From assembly GCA_963752285.1 (NCBI GenBank), contig CAVVXN010000003.1, positions 192,001 through 256,000 of the forward strand: 64,000 nucleotides of DNA, read 5' to 3'. Each line of letters begins with the position of its first letter. Position 1 is the stretch's first letter. The position numbers were made by a program, and so were the translations under genes. Origin of the DNA: an uncultured Planctomycetota bacterium. GTDB lineage: Bacteria > Planctomycetota > PLA2 > JAEUHO01. This document shows positions 30,493-43,354 of this stretch, in pieces. The notes under the pieces were generated by a model that saw nothing but the letters and a program-made list of their open reading frames with translations, was not told the DNA's origin and ran no database searches.

Positions 30493-31184
30493 GCGTAGCA
30501 CGAACCGGGGCGTTCCGCCCCCCGTGGTCCCAGCCCCGCCGCGATCCGGCGGACCGCCGCCGCGGGGTCGGCGGCGAGGAGGACCCCCGCGCCGACCGCG
30601 GCCCGCAGGGCGCCCGCGCGGCCCAGGGCGGCCGCGTTCCCGGGCGTCACGCCTCCGATCGGGAACACGGGGAGGTCGCCCGCCGCCGCGAGCGCGGCGG
30701 CGACGAGGCCGGGACCTCCCGGCGCCCGTGCGAGGCGCTTCGACCGCGAGGGGAAACAGGGGCCGAGACCCGCGTAGTCGGCGCCGCGCACCGCAGCGGT
30801 CCGGACCTCCGAGGCGTCGTGGGTCGAGAGGCCGAGCAGCAGGCGCGCTCCGAGCGCCTCGCGCGCGCGCTCCGGGGCGAGGTCGTCCTCGCCGACGTGC
30901 GCGCCGTCGGCGCCGGCGTCCGGGACGAGGTGGACGCGGTCGTTCACGATCACCAGCGCCCCGGCCGCCCGCGCGAGCCGGCCCACGCGCTCGGCGAGAC
31001 GTAGGAACGTGGGGTCGTCGGCCCGCTTCTCGCGCACCTGGACCATCCCGACGAGGCCCGTCGCGAGCGCGCGCTCGAGCGCCGCCTCCCACCGGGGGCC
31101 GTGTGCGGCCGGCGTGACGACGACGTAGACCGTCGTCGCCAGGAGACGCTGCCGCAGCGAGGTGCCGTCCGCGTCGTCGCGCAT
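30489..31184 (-). CDS. thiE: Thiamine phosphate synthase
   Basis: VQVREK, IVNDR, GAHVGEDD, GLSTH, ADYAGLGPCFPSRSK, FPIGGV. Confidence 0.92.
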   Translation of the reverse strand: MRDDADGTSLRQRLLATTVYVVVTPAAHGPRWEAALERALATGLVGMVQVREKRADDPTFLRLAERVGRLARAAGALVIVNDRVHLVPDAGADGAHVGEDDLAPERAREALGARLLLGLSTHDASEVRTAAVRGADYAGLGPCFPSRSKRLARAPGGPGLVAAALAAAGDLPVFPIGGVTPGNAAALGRAGALRAAVGAGVLLAADPAAAVRRIAAGLGPRGAERPGSCYA

Positions 31185-31221
31185 GGGGCGAGGCTACCAA
31201 GAGCGGACCGCGCGCCTCGCG

Positions 31222-32616
31222 TCAGAGGAGGACGAACGCGACCAGCACGTAGAGCGGGCCGAGGATCGCGAGCGACCAGAGCATGTAGCCGAAGAACGAC
31301 GGCATCCGCTGGCCCGCGCGCTCCGCGATCGCCTTGACCATGAAGTTCGGTCCGTTGCCGATGTACGTCATGGCGCCCATGAACACGGCGCCGAGCGAGA
31401 TCGCCACGAGGAACGTCTCGGGAACCGCGCCGCGCGTCATGTGGATGAGCGGGCCGCCGGCGGGAAGCGCGGCCTCGACGCCGGCGGCGACGGTCACGAA
31501 GGTCAGGTACGTCGGCGCGTTGTCGAGGAACGAGGAGAGGCTCCCGGTCGCGAAGAAGAAGTGCCACGGCTCGCGGAGGCCGAGCGCGGCGCCGTGCACC
31601 TGCAGGTACTGCAACGCCGGCACCATCGCGACGAAGATCCCCACGAAGAGCACGGCGACCTCGAGGATCGGGTCCCAAGAGAAGGCGTTCGACTCCCGGA
31701 TCTCCTTCGGGGTGCTCCAGTACGCGAGGAGCGCCATCAGGAGCATGCCGAGCACCTGATAGGCCTCGTGCAGGTGGAGGAGACCGGGCAGCACGATCGC
31801 GGCCATGATGCCGAGGAGGAACACCACGTTGTGGAGGCCCCGGACCCGGACGGGCTCGATGCGGGTCTCGTCGAGGCGGACGTCCTCGGGCCGCTCCCGC
31901 CGGTACTGGACGCTGTCGATGATCCAGAAGATCAGGAGGAGGACCGAGAGCATCATCGCCCACTCCTTCCACAGCCCGAGGGTCCACGAGAAGGGGACGC
32001 CTTCGAGGTAGCCGAGGAAGAGCGGAGGGTCGCCGAGCGGGGTGAGGCACCCGCCCACGTTCGACACGACGAAGATGAAGAAGATGACCGTGTGGTACGT
32101 GCGACGCCGTTCGCCGTTGATGCGGATCAGCGGTCGGATCAGCAGCATGCTCGCGCCCGTCGTCCCGACGACGTTCGCCAGCACGCCGCCGAGCGCGAGG
32201 AGCACCACGTTGTTGCGCGGCGTCGCGCGGAGGTCTCCGGTGACGAGGATCCCCCCGGAGATCACGAAGAGCGCGCCGAGGAGCACGATGAACGCGACGT
32301 ACTCGCCGAGCGCGTGCTCGAGGACGGAGATGCCTCCCCGTTCGCGCTCCGCGACGAGCAGCACCAGCACGAGGATGGCGCACACCCCGGCGACGAGGGC
32401 CTTGTTCCGGTGGCGCTCCCACCAGTGCGGAGCGAAGAGCGGGAACAGCGCGATCCCGAGGAGGAGGCCCGCGAACGGGAGGACCCACAGCACCGAGAGG
32501 TCCTTGGCGAACGGTGCGACGCCGCTGTCCGCCGCCTCTTCGGCGTGGGCCGGAAGAGCCAGCGCCAGGGACGCCGTCGCCAGGACCAGGAGGACGAGGA
32601 CGAGCCGGCGGGGCAT
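31222..32616 (-). CDS. Putative sodium:proton antiporter (ion transporter superfamily)
   Basis: Many TM helices; GTTGASMLLIRP, NVGGCLTPLGDPPLFLG, SSFLDNAPTY, MTYIGNGPNFMV. Confidence 0.88.
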   Translation of the reverse strand: MPRRLVLVLLVLATASLALALPAHAEEAADSGVAPFAKDLSVLWVLPFAGLLLGIALFPLFAPHWWERHRNKALVAGVCAILVLVLLVAERERGGISVLEHALGEYVAFIVLLGALFVISGGILVTGDLRATPRNNVVLLALGGVLANVVGTTGASMLLIRPLIRINGERRRTYHTVIFFIFVVSNVGGCLTPLGDPPLFLGYLEGVPFSWTLGLWKEWAMMLSVLLLIFWIIDSVQYRRERPEDVRLDETRIEPVRVRGLHNVVFLLGIMAAIVLPGLLHLHEAYQVLGMLLMALLAYWSTPKEIRESNAFSWDPILEVAVLFVGIFVAMVPALQYLQVHGAALGLREPWHFFFATGSLSSFLDNAPTYLTFVTVAAGVEAALPAGGPLIHMTRGAVPETFLVAISLGAVFMGAMTYIGNGPNFMVKAIAERAGQRMPSFFGYMLWSLAILGPLYVLVAFVLL

Positions 32617-32678
32617 GGGTGGGGAGGACTCTACCCGTCCGAGCGGGCGGCGTCTCGCGCGTCCCCCCCGCGCGTCCC

Positions 32679-33986
32679 TCAGGGCCCGACCCGTTGGCTC
32701 CGACCGTGCTTCCGGTGCGCCGCGACGTACGCCTCGAGCAGCGCGAGCTGCCGCGCGAACCCCTGCTCCTCGACGCCCGCGGGACTCTTGAAGTAGGCCG
32801 CCGCGTGCGTCATGAGGCCGTGCTCCCCCCGGGCCCCGGCGAAGGCCGCGAGCCGGGCCAGGTCGAGCACGAGGGGCGCGGCGAGCGCCGAGTCGTTGCC
32901 CTGCCAGGTGAAGTGCATCGACATCTTGGCGCCGAGGAACCCCTCGAAGTGGATGAAGTCCCAGGCGACCTTCCAGTCGTCGAGGCTCGGCACGTAGTCG
33001 ATCGTCACCTTCGCGTGCAGGTCGTGGTCGCCGAGGATCTGTCGGACCGCTCGGTCCTTCGAGCGCGTCTTGCTCTCGCGCGCCTCCGGGTCGGCCAGCA
33101 CGAATCCGTCGCGGTTGCCGAGGAGGTTGTAGCCCTCCCACGAGAGGACGCGCAGCGCGCGGCCCGCGAAGAGCGGCGCGAGCACGGTCTTCACGAGGGT
33201 CTCGCCGGTCTTGCCGTCGCTCCCCATGTGCGGGACGCGCCGGGCCTCCGCCAGCTCCATCAGCGCCGGGATCGTGCTCGCGGGCGTCGGGGTGAAGTTC
33301 ACGAAGGGCAGGCCGAGGTCGATCGCCGCGTAGGCGTGGAGGAGCGCGCTCGTGAGGCCCTTGCTCGCACGGCGCGCCTCGAGCATCCGCCGGAAGCCGT
33401 CCAGGTGCGCGAACTCGATCGGAAGCCGCCGCGGCGGCTCCGTGCTGGCCACGTGGACCACGACGACCTGCGACAGCGCGTGCGTCTCGCGGAACGCCTC
33501 GAGGTCGGCCTGGATGCCCTCGACGACGCGCCGCGGGCTGCGCGCGCGCGCCACCCGGCCACCCTCGGCGAGCGCCCGGACCGACGGGCTCGGATTCACG
33601 AGGTATCCCGGCGCCAGCGCCGAGGAGGCGCGGGCGAGGTCCTCGTCCAGGGACGACAGCAGGTCCAGGTCGAGGACGCCGGCCCGGCGCGCGTACTCCC
33701 GCGCGGCGCCCGCGAAGTCGGTGTCGCGGATCTCGTGACCCCCGAAGACGAGCTGCCCCACTCCGGGGAGGGCGAGGCCCTCGAAGAGCGGGGTGGAGGT
33801 GAGGAGCCCGACGGGCGGTCGCAGCCCGCGCGCGACCGCGCGCGCGCCGACCACCGCGAGCGTGCCCACGCCGCCGCAGGCGCCGACGAGCCACACGCCG
33901 ACCCGGGGGGCCTCGCGCGACGGAGACCCGCTCCCCGTCGGCCTCGGCCGGCTCGGGCTGCGTCGGGACGCGCCGTCATGGGTCAC
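32679..33986 (-). CDS. ino1: Myo-inositol-1-phosphate synthase
   Basis: VWLVGACGGVG, VASTE, FVNFTP, DGKTGETLVK, NLLGNRDG, DDWKVAWD, DSALAAPLVLDL, YFKSP. Confidence 0.93.
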   Translation of the reverse strand: MTHDGASRRSPSRPRPTGSGSPSREAPRVGVWLVGACGGVGTLAVVGARAVARGLRPPVGLLTSTPLFEGLALPGVGQLVFGGHEIRDTDFAGAAREYARRAGVLDLDLLSSLDEDLARASSALAPGYLVNPSPSVRALAEGGRVARARSPRRVVEGIQADLEAFRETHALSQVVVVHVASTEPPRRLPIEFAHLDGFRRMLEARRASKGLTSALLHAYAAIDLGLPFVNFTPTPASTIPALMELAEARRVPHMGSDGKTGETLVKTVLAPLFAGRALRVLSWEGYNLLGNRDGFVLADPEARESKTRSKDRAVRQILGDHDLHAKVTIDYVPSLDDWKVAWDFIHFEGFLGAKMSMHFTWQGNDSALAAPLVLDLARLAAFAGARGEHGLMTHAAAYFKSPAGVEEQGFARQLALLEAYVAAHRKHGRSQRVGP

Positions 33987-34909
33987 TTCGTCCCTCCGTC
34001 CGGGGTCGCCCCGGTCCCGAAATAGCGCTCGAGCAGCGGCCGCCGGGCGGGCGGGACCGGAAGCGCGGGCGACGCGACCCGGCGCCGCGCCTCCTCGCGT
34101 CGGACCGCCTCGGCCTCGTCGCCCGCGCGCCGGCCCTCGGCGAGGGCCTCGGCGAGGTCGTGCGCGGCGTCGGGGCCCGCGCTGGCGAGGCGTTCGAGGA
34201 TCTCGTTCCCCCGCGCGGCGGCGGCCGCGGCGCTCCGGATCCGCTCGTCCACGAGGCGGTCGGCGAGGCGCGCGGGGTCCTCCGCGGCGTGCGGCCCGAG
34301 GCCGAGCGCGTCGCGCACCGCGGCCGCCGTCGCGGCCTTGTGCGCCGCCTCGGCCGCCCGGCCCGCGAGGTCGCCGCCCGGCGCCCCGGGCGCGGGGCCG
34401 CCGCCGGCCCCCGCGGCGGCCCCCGGGACGGCCGGTCCGGCGGCCGCGCCGACGGGCGGCACCAGGAGGGCCACGAGGGCGAGGAGGCCTCCACAGAGCG
34501 AGAGCGCGAGTCCCCGGGGCGAGAGGAGCCGGACCCGGGGCGGGGCCCGTCGGCCCGGTCCCCAGTGCGCCTCGGCGCCGACCGGGCCCGGGACCGTGGC
34601 GGCGGCCAGACCGCGTCCCCCGGCCTCCGCGACGCGGTCGAGGGCCCAGGCCGCGTCCGAGGGGCGGACGGTCCCGACGCCCCGGGACCGCCGCCAGCCG
34701 AGGACGAGCGCGACGAAGGCGCCGGCCGCGAGGGGGAGCCAGGTGGTCACGCCGTCGGCGCCGAACGCCTTCACGCCGAGCGCGAGGACCGCCGCGGGGC
34801 CGACCGCGGGACCCAGCGGGCCCACCCACGCGCCGATCCGGTCCCGGCGCTCCACCGCGCGCGCCAGCCGCGCCGCAGCCTCCGGCCAGGTGGTCTCCGC
34901 CCGGCTCAT
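33983..34909 (-). CDS. Hypothetical membrane protein
   Basis: TM segments, C-terminal LLERYF; overlapping start/stop with both neighbours. Confidence 0.65.
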   Translation of the reverse strand: MSRAETTWPEAAARLARAVERRDRIGAWVGPLGPAVGPAAVLALGVKAFGADGVTTWLPLAAGAFVALVLGWRRSRGVGTVRPSDAAWALDRVAEAGGRGLAAATVPGPVGAEAHWGPGRRAPPRVRLLSPRGLALSLCGGLLALVALLVPPVGAAAGPAVPGAAAGAGGGPAPGAPGGDLAGRAAEAAHKAATAAAVRDALGLGPHAAEDPARLADRLVDERIRSAAAAAARGNEILERLASAGPDAAHDLAEALAEGRRAGDEAEAVRREEARRRVASPALPVPPARRPLLERYFGTGATPDGGTK

Positions 34910-36057
34910 CGCGGCGCGGATCCGATCGGCGGCGGCCGCTCGATCGGGCGCGCTCCGTCCCCCTTCGGTTCGAGCGGCGTCCGGGAGAGGACGATGTCCA
35001 TGTAGAGGGGACCCTCGCCCTCGGGCTTCGGGATGCGCTCGAAGTTGTACGTGTAGTCGTTCCGGAGCGAGGACTCGAGCGCCACCTCGATCAGCGCCGT
35101 GGGCGTGGGCCACACCGAGACCAGGAGGCCCATGTTCTCGGCCGCGAGGCTCTCCTCGCCCGTGTCGGGGTCCTCCGCGCGCGCGGAGCCGGTGAAGCGG
35201 AAGGCGTCCACCGGCAGCACGCTCTTCGCCTCGGGGTCGATCACCCAGTCCGTCGCGAGGGCGAGGTGCTCCTGGCCGGCGTGGCGGTACGCGACACCGA
35301 TGTACACGACGTCGCCCGTGGCCAAGACCCACGTCGGGTCCTTGGGGTCGGAGCCGGGATCGGGGTGGGTCGGCTGACCCGGGCGAAACCCCGCCGCGAC
35401 CATGCCTTTGTAGAGGGCCGTCGCGAGTCCGTGGAGGGCCTCGTACGGGTTCTCGCCGAGATCCTCGAGGTCCTTGTTGCCCACGAGGTGGATCAGCGTC
35501 TCGTGCCCGGCCTGCGGGAAGCGCGTGATGAAGTACTCGATCGGCATGCGCACGTTCGGCGACACGTTGAGGAAACCGCGCACGGTGACGCGGCCGTCCT
35601 CGACCCGGACGCCGTGCTTCTCGGCTTCCTCCCGGTACGCCTTCGCGGTCGCCTCGTCGATCGGGGCGCCGGCGGGGAGGAGGCCCCAGCCGATCAAGGA
35701 GGCGCCGCCGGGACCGCGGCCCAGGCCCTGGACGACCTGCTTGAACATGGCCTTCAGCTGCGAGACCTCGCGCCGGAGGTCGTAGATGTCCTTGCCGAGG
35801 TCCATGTAGTGCTGGTACGTGTCGTCGTCGAGGCGGTCCACGTCGTCTACGAGCTGCGAGAGCGTCTTCGCGGCGTCCTTGGGGAGGCCGGCGTCCTTCC
35901 CCGCCTCGGCGGGGGGCGTGGCCTGGGCCTCGGCGGGGGGGCTTCGTCGCGCCCTCGCCTCCTCCAGGCGGTCGAGCCGCTGCAGGACCGCGAAGAAGCC
36001 GCCGACGACGAGGATCAGCGACGAGACGGCCAGGGAGAGGGCGAGCCTTCCGTTCAT
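34906..36057 (-). CDS. YdjY domain protein, membrane anchored
   Basis: IEYFIT..HETLI, AGFRPGQP, GDVVYI, DWVID, FRFTGS. Confidence 0.72.
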   Translation of the reverse strand: MNGRLALSLAVSSLILVVGGFFAVLQRLDRLEEARARRSPPAEAQATPPAEAGKDAGLPKDAAKTLSQLVDDVDRLDDDTYQHYMDLGKDIYDLRREVSQLKAMFKQVVQGLGRGPGGASLIGWGLLPAGAPIDEATAKAYREEAEKHGVRVEDGRVTVRGFLNVSPNVRMPIEYFITRFPQAGHETLIHLVGNKDLEDLGENPYEALHGLATALYKGMVAAGFRPGQPTHPDPGSDPKDPTWVLATGDVVYIGVAYRHAGQEHLALATDWVIDPEAKSVLPVDAFRFTGSARAEDPDTGEESLAAENMGLLVSVWPTPTALIEVALESSLRNDYTYNFERIPKPEGEGPLYMDIVLSRTPLEPKGDGARPIERPPPIGSAPR

Positions 36058-36179
36058 CGAGCGCTCCGGCGGACCGGAAGGACGATCCTACGGGGCGGAC
36101 CGCCCCCTGGGACCAAACGACCGCCGCGCGCGGCGGTTCGACCGCGCCCCGCGTCCCGTCGGGCCGACCCGGTTCCGGC

Positions 36180-38714
<2,535 letters not shown>

Positions 38715-38950
38715 GAAACCTCCGGGGGTCATTCTGGCCCGGATCGGGCCCCCCGTCCCCCTGGACCCGGGGTTCCGTCCCCGGGTTGGGGGCGCGGGCG
38801 AGGCCACCGACGGCGTGCCACCCGCCCGGGCCCACCTGCCACATCGGCAGGAACGCCCGGGCGACGAAACCCGTCGCCGGCCCCGGGACTTCGAACGCAC
38901 GGAGCGTGCCATCGCCCGCCCCCGCCTCGAGGGCTTCGAGGGGGCGCGTA

Positions 38951-39958
38951 TCAGGGCGGGGGCGGGAGCCCGATCCGCTCGCGTACCTCGGCGAGTGTCC
39001 GTCGCGCGATCTCCCGCGCGGCCGCCGAGGACGCCTCGAGGACGCGCCGCACGCGCGCTCGGTCCGCGCGTAGCTCCGCCCGCCGGGCGCGCAGCGGTTC
39101 CGTCGCGGCGACCACCGCGTCCGCGACGGCGTCCTTGAGGGGCGCGTAGCGCCGGTCGCCCGTCCGGAACCGGTCCGCGAAGTCGGCCGCGGCGTCGGGA
39201 GCGCCGGCGGCGCCGAGGAGCGTGAGCAGGCCCTCGACGCCGGGGCTCAGCGAGCCGTCCGCAGGGACGTCGCCGGTGTCGGTCACCGCCGAGCGGATCT
39301 TCTTCCGCTGCGCCGCCGGCTCCTCGAACACGCCGATGACGTGCCGCGGCCCGAGCGACTTGCTCATCTTCCTCGTCGGGTCGGCCGGAGAGAGGATCTT
39401 CGGCGTCGTCGTGTGGAGGGCCTCGGGCTCGGGAAAGGTCTCGCCGAACAGGCGGTTGAACGTCCGCGCCACGTCGCGTGCGAGCTCCAGGTGCTGGTCC
39501 TGGTCCTGGCCCACGGGCACGCGGGCCGCCTTGTAGATCAAGATGTCCGCGGCCTGGAGCACGGGATACGAGAAGAGGCCCGCCGAGTACGACGCGCCCG
39601 CCGCCTCGACCTGCCGGGCCTTGTCCTTGAACTGGGTCATCTTCGCGACCCAGGCGTAGGGCGTGATCGAGCCGAGGATCCACTGGAGCTCGGCGTGCTC
39701 GGGTACGAGCGACTGGACGATCAGGGCCGAGCGCTCGGGGTCGAGCCCGCAGGCCATCAGGTCGAGGCCCATGTCCCACGTCCGCTGCCGGAGGCGTGCG
39801 GGCTCGAAGGGCACGGTCAGGGCGTGGTAGTCCACGACGCCGAACAGGCACCGGTGCTCGTCCTGCAAGCGCACCCAGCCCTGGACCGCCCCGAAGTAGT
39901 TCCCGAGGTGGAGCTCGCCGCTCGGCTGGATCAGGGACAGGACCTCGAACGGCGCCAT
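38951..39958 (-). CDS. trpS: Tryptophan--tRNA ligase
   Basis: [48 protein letters not shown]. Confidence 0.96.
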   Translation of the reverse strand: MAPFEVLSLIQPSGELHLGNYFGAVQGWVRLQDEHRCLFGVVDYHALTVPFEPARLRQRTWDMGLDLMACGLDPERSALIVQSLVPEHAELQWILGSITPYAWVAKMTQFKDKARQVEAAGASYSAGLFSYPVLQAADILIYKAARVPVGQDQDQHLELARDVARTFNRLFGETFPEPEALHTTTPKILSPADPTRKMSKSLGPRHVIGVFEEPAAQRKKIRSAVTDTGDVPADGSLSPGVEGLLTLLGAAGAPDAAADFADRFRTGDRRYAPLKDAVADAVVAATEPLRARRAELRADRARVRRVLEASSAAAREIARRTLAEVRERIGLPPPP

Positions 39959-40074
39959 CGGACCTCCGCGGGGGCGGAACGGTTCCATACCCGCCGGGCG
40001 GGGGAGGGGGGAGTCCTTTCGCCGGCCCGTCCGCGGCGCGCGCCGGCACGGCGGGCCCGCGTACCATGCCGTCG

Positions 40075-40546
40075 ATGCGGGCCCGTGACCCTCCTTCTGC
40101 TCCTCGCCGTGGGGTGCGCCGGCGGCGGCGACGGGACCGCGTCCTCCCTCCCTCCCGGCGCGGACCTCTCGGGGTTCCGCGTGGCGCGGATCCTCGTGGA
40201 CGCGGTCGAGATGGAGGTCTACGTCGCCGAGACGCCCGACCAGCGGGCCCAGGGGCTCATGAACGCGACGCCGGGCCAGGTCGCGTCGCTGCCGGACGGG
40301 ACGCCCCGGGGGATGCTCTTCTCGTTCGGCCTGGAACGGCCCACCAGCTTCTGGATGAGGGACACGTTCGTCCCGCTGGACCTCGCGTACGCGCCGCTCG
40401 ATGGCACGATCGTCGAGGTCCATGGCCTCGCGCCGCTCGACACCACCTCCGTGCCGTCGGGCCAGCCCGTGGCGTTCGCGCTCGAGGTGCCCGCCGGCAC
40501 GCTCGCCGCGCACGGCCTGGGCGTCGGCAGCGTGATCCGGCCCTGA
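40075..40546 (+). CDS. DUF192 domain lipoprotein; ATG 40075 is one base out of frame, in-frame GTG at 40085
   Basis: LAVGC lipobox; [38 protein letters not shown]. Confidence 0.85.
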
Positions 40547-40669
40547 AGCGACGGGGGAGGCGGACGTCCCGTCCTGTCCCGTTCCCGCGCGGCGGGCCGT
40601 TCCCGGAGGCCGGGGTAGGGTTCGCCCCGGCGGCGCCCCGAGAGCCCGGGCCGCCCTCGGAGCCTCGCC

Positions 40670-41158
40670 ATGTCCGCCGACGACCCCGTGCGTGAGAGCC
40701 TCCTCCACCTCCTCTCCGGCGGCGGCGCGCACCGGCCGATGGAGGCCGCCCTCGCCGGATGGCCCGAGGCGCTCCGCGGCGTCCGGCCCGACGGACAGCC
40801 CCACACGCCGTGGCGTCTCCTCGAGCACGTCCGCATCGCGCAATCCGACATCCTGGAGTTCTGCCGCGACCCGGGCCACGTCTCGCCCGCCTGGCCCGAG
40901 GGCTACTGGCCGGCGGGAGACGCGCCGCCCGACGCCGCGGCGTGGGACCGGTCCGTCGCCGCGTTCCTCCAGGACCTTGCGGCCATGAAGGCGCTCGTGC
41001 GGGACCCCGGGAACGACCTCCTGGCCTCCCTGCCCCACACGGACGGAGCGAGCCTGGTGCGGGAGGCGCTCCTGGTCGCGGACCACAACGCGTACCACCA
41101 GGGGCAGATCATGCTCCTCAGGCGCCTGCTGGGGCTGGCCCCGCACGCCGGGCCCTGA
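40670..41158 (+). CDS. DinB family protein
   Basis: HTPWRLLEHVRIAQSDI, DHNAYHQGQI. Confidence 0.88.
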   Translation: MSADDPVRESLLHLLSGGGAHRPMEAALAGWPEALRGVRPDGQPHTPWRLLEHVRIAQSDILEFCRDPGHVSPAWPEGYWPAGDAPPDAAAWDRSVAAFLQDLAAMKALVRDPGNDLLASLPHTDGASLVREALLVADHNAYHQGQIMLLRRLLGLAPHAGP

Positions 41159-41211
41159 GGCCGGCGAACCCGGACCGGGGCGCGGGCGGCGGCGCGAAGG
41201 ACAAAGCCCGG

Positions 41212-42622
41212 TCAGCGACCGCCGCGGCGCGGCGCGGGCCACCACCTCGCGGAGGCCTTTGTCGCCCATGCCCGGTCCTTGCCCTCGTGGCAGAGGAGGC
41301 ACGCGTTCGGCGTCTTCGCGTCGTCCGGGTTCCGCCGCGGGTCGGGGCTCCAGTACGTGTGCGAGCGGAGTCGCTGCGTGCCCGCGTGGTTCACGATGCG
41401 CGGCATGTGGCACTCGACGCACCGGGCCCCGGCGTTCTTCGCCGGGTCCGACGCCGTGGTGGGTGTGCGCCGCGAGGGCAGGCGCGGCGCGGTACGCCCG
41501 GTGGCACGCGAGGCAGAGCGCGTTGTTCTCGATCGGGAGCTTCAGCGCTGCCGCGCGGTGCGGCTCGTGGCACGTGGTGCAGGTGGGGGACTTCTCGCGT
41601 CCCCTCGCGAGCATGTCGGATTCGCGGTAGTCGGTGAGCTGCTGGTGGTGGTTCGCCGAGGACCCGTCCGGCCAGAACTCCTTCGCGTCGTGCTCGGGCG
41701 TCACCTGGACGTAGTGGGCGTCGAGGACCGTTCCCGGGGTCATGTTGTAGGGGTACGCCAGCCGCCCCGGCAGCCCGGCCGGCGCGCCCTGCTCGGGTCC
41801 CGCCGTCCCCCGGGAGTGGCACTTGCCGCACGCGTCGAGCTGACGGTCGTGGGGAAACGCGCTCGGGGAGAGGATGTTGCCCTTGCCCCCGCCCGCCTTC
41901 ACGTGTTCGAGCCCGGGCCCGTGGCACGCCTCGCAGCCGATCGCCAGCTCCTTCCACCGCGTGTGCCACGTGTGGTCGCTCGCGTCGTAGCCGAGGTCGA
42001 GCCCCGTCGTGTGGCATCCGGCGCACTGGAGCTGCCAGGCCCACTTCTCCGCCGTCCAGAACCCGTCCGTGCCGGGTTCGCCCGACGCGAGTCCCAGCCA
42101 CTCCACGTACTCGTGGTCCTTCCGGTTCCACTGCACGGGCAGCACGCGATACGAACCGTCCGGCAGCTTCGTGAGGTAGCGCTGCTTGTAGCGATTCCCG
42201 ACCGTGCGTTCGATCGCGTACCGGTGCGGCTTCCCGTCGTCGCCCGGCGCCTCGATCACGTAGTGGTCGCCCTCGCGGATCATCTCCATCCGACGACCCT
42301 GGCCGACCTCCAGCACGACGCCGTCCGTCGAGAAGTCGCCGATCACCGAGTGCGGGGTCGCCGCCTGCTCCATGTACGAGTGGAGCGAGGTCTTCCAATC
42401 GGCGTAGGCCTGCGCGTGGCAGGACGCGCACGCGTCGGATCCGACGTAGCCGGGCACGACGTCGTCCAACACCTCGGCGACGCGGCCCGGCGCCTTCGCA
42501 ACCGGTGCGGGGGAGGCCGGGGCGTCCGCGCGCGCGAGCGTCCAGGCGGCGAAGAGAACGGCCACCAGGGCGACGAGGGCCAGGCCCTCTGCGCGACGGG
42601 CGGTCCCGTTCCGGTCCGGCAT
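41212..42622 (-). CDS. Octaheme c-type cytochrome, frameshift near 41455
   Basis: Signal peptide; CASCH, CAGCH, CEACH, CGKCH, CTTCH, CLACH, then in shifted frame CVECH, CLLCH. Confidence 0.9.
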
Positions 42623-43354
42623 GCGCAGGCTCCGTCGTGGTGCGCGCGCTCGACGCGTCACCCCCGGAGTACACGGTCGCAATCCGGATGCCGCGCGCCG
42701 GACCCCGCGAGCCTGCCGAGGCCCGCTTGCGCGAGACGCCCATCGACCGGAGCCCCGCGCCTCGACGCGCCACACGTCGGCCGCCCTCGAGCCACCACGA
42801 TCCCGGATCGCGGCGCCGCGTTGCTACGGATTCGCAACGGGCCGGCCGGGGCGTTGGCGCGCGCGGCGGTGGGAGGGAACGCTTGCGGACGGCCCGGGAC
42901 TACGGCCCGGAGAAGACGGATACCGTCTTACCATCGACGACGCGACAACCAGGTTGCCGGACGAGCCCGAACCGAGCGCCCGGCGGGCCCCGCGGCGGGC
43001 CGGCGTCCTGACCCCCATCGCGTCCCGGGTGACGGCCGGCCCGTCGTTCCGCCGACCGGCGCGAAGGCCACGGAGCTTCATTTCCAGCCCTTCTAGGGCT
43101 GTGAGCCACCCCGGTCCGGGTCCCCGGAGCCGGACGGGGACCGGCCGGACGCGCCGGCATCGCAACCCGTCGCTCCGGGGCGGCCGGAGGCGGTTCTTCC
43201 CCGGAACGTGCACGCGTGCTCCGCCGCTTCTCCATACGCTCCGCTTATCGCCCCCATGTCCAACTCGATCGTGTGCTACCGACCGGCGCGTGGCCACAAT
43301 GCTGCGCGAAAGAGGCGGGTTGTCCGAGGGCGGTCTGCCCGAACCGGAGAGGCC

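Noticed and set aside
14862..30498. Very long Arg/Pro/Gly-rich ORFs (e.g. 14862..18158, 26803..30498, 26852..30427)
   Set aside because: Shadow frames of real genes in very high-GC DNA, with no recognisable motifs
38951..42775. 1274-aa cytochrome-TrpS fusion in the ORF track
   Set aside because: Artefact of the frameshift near 41455 plus a stop-poor GC-rich frame; the middle is antisense to the DUF192 and DinB genes, and trpS has its own RBS
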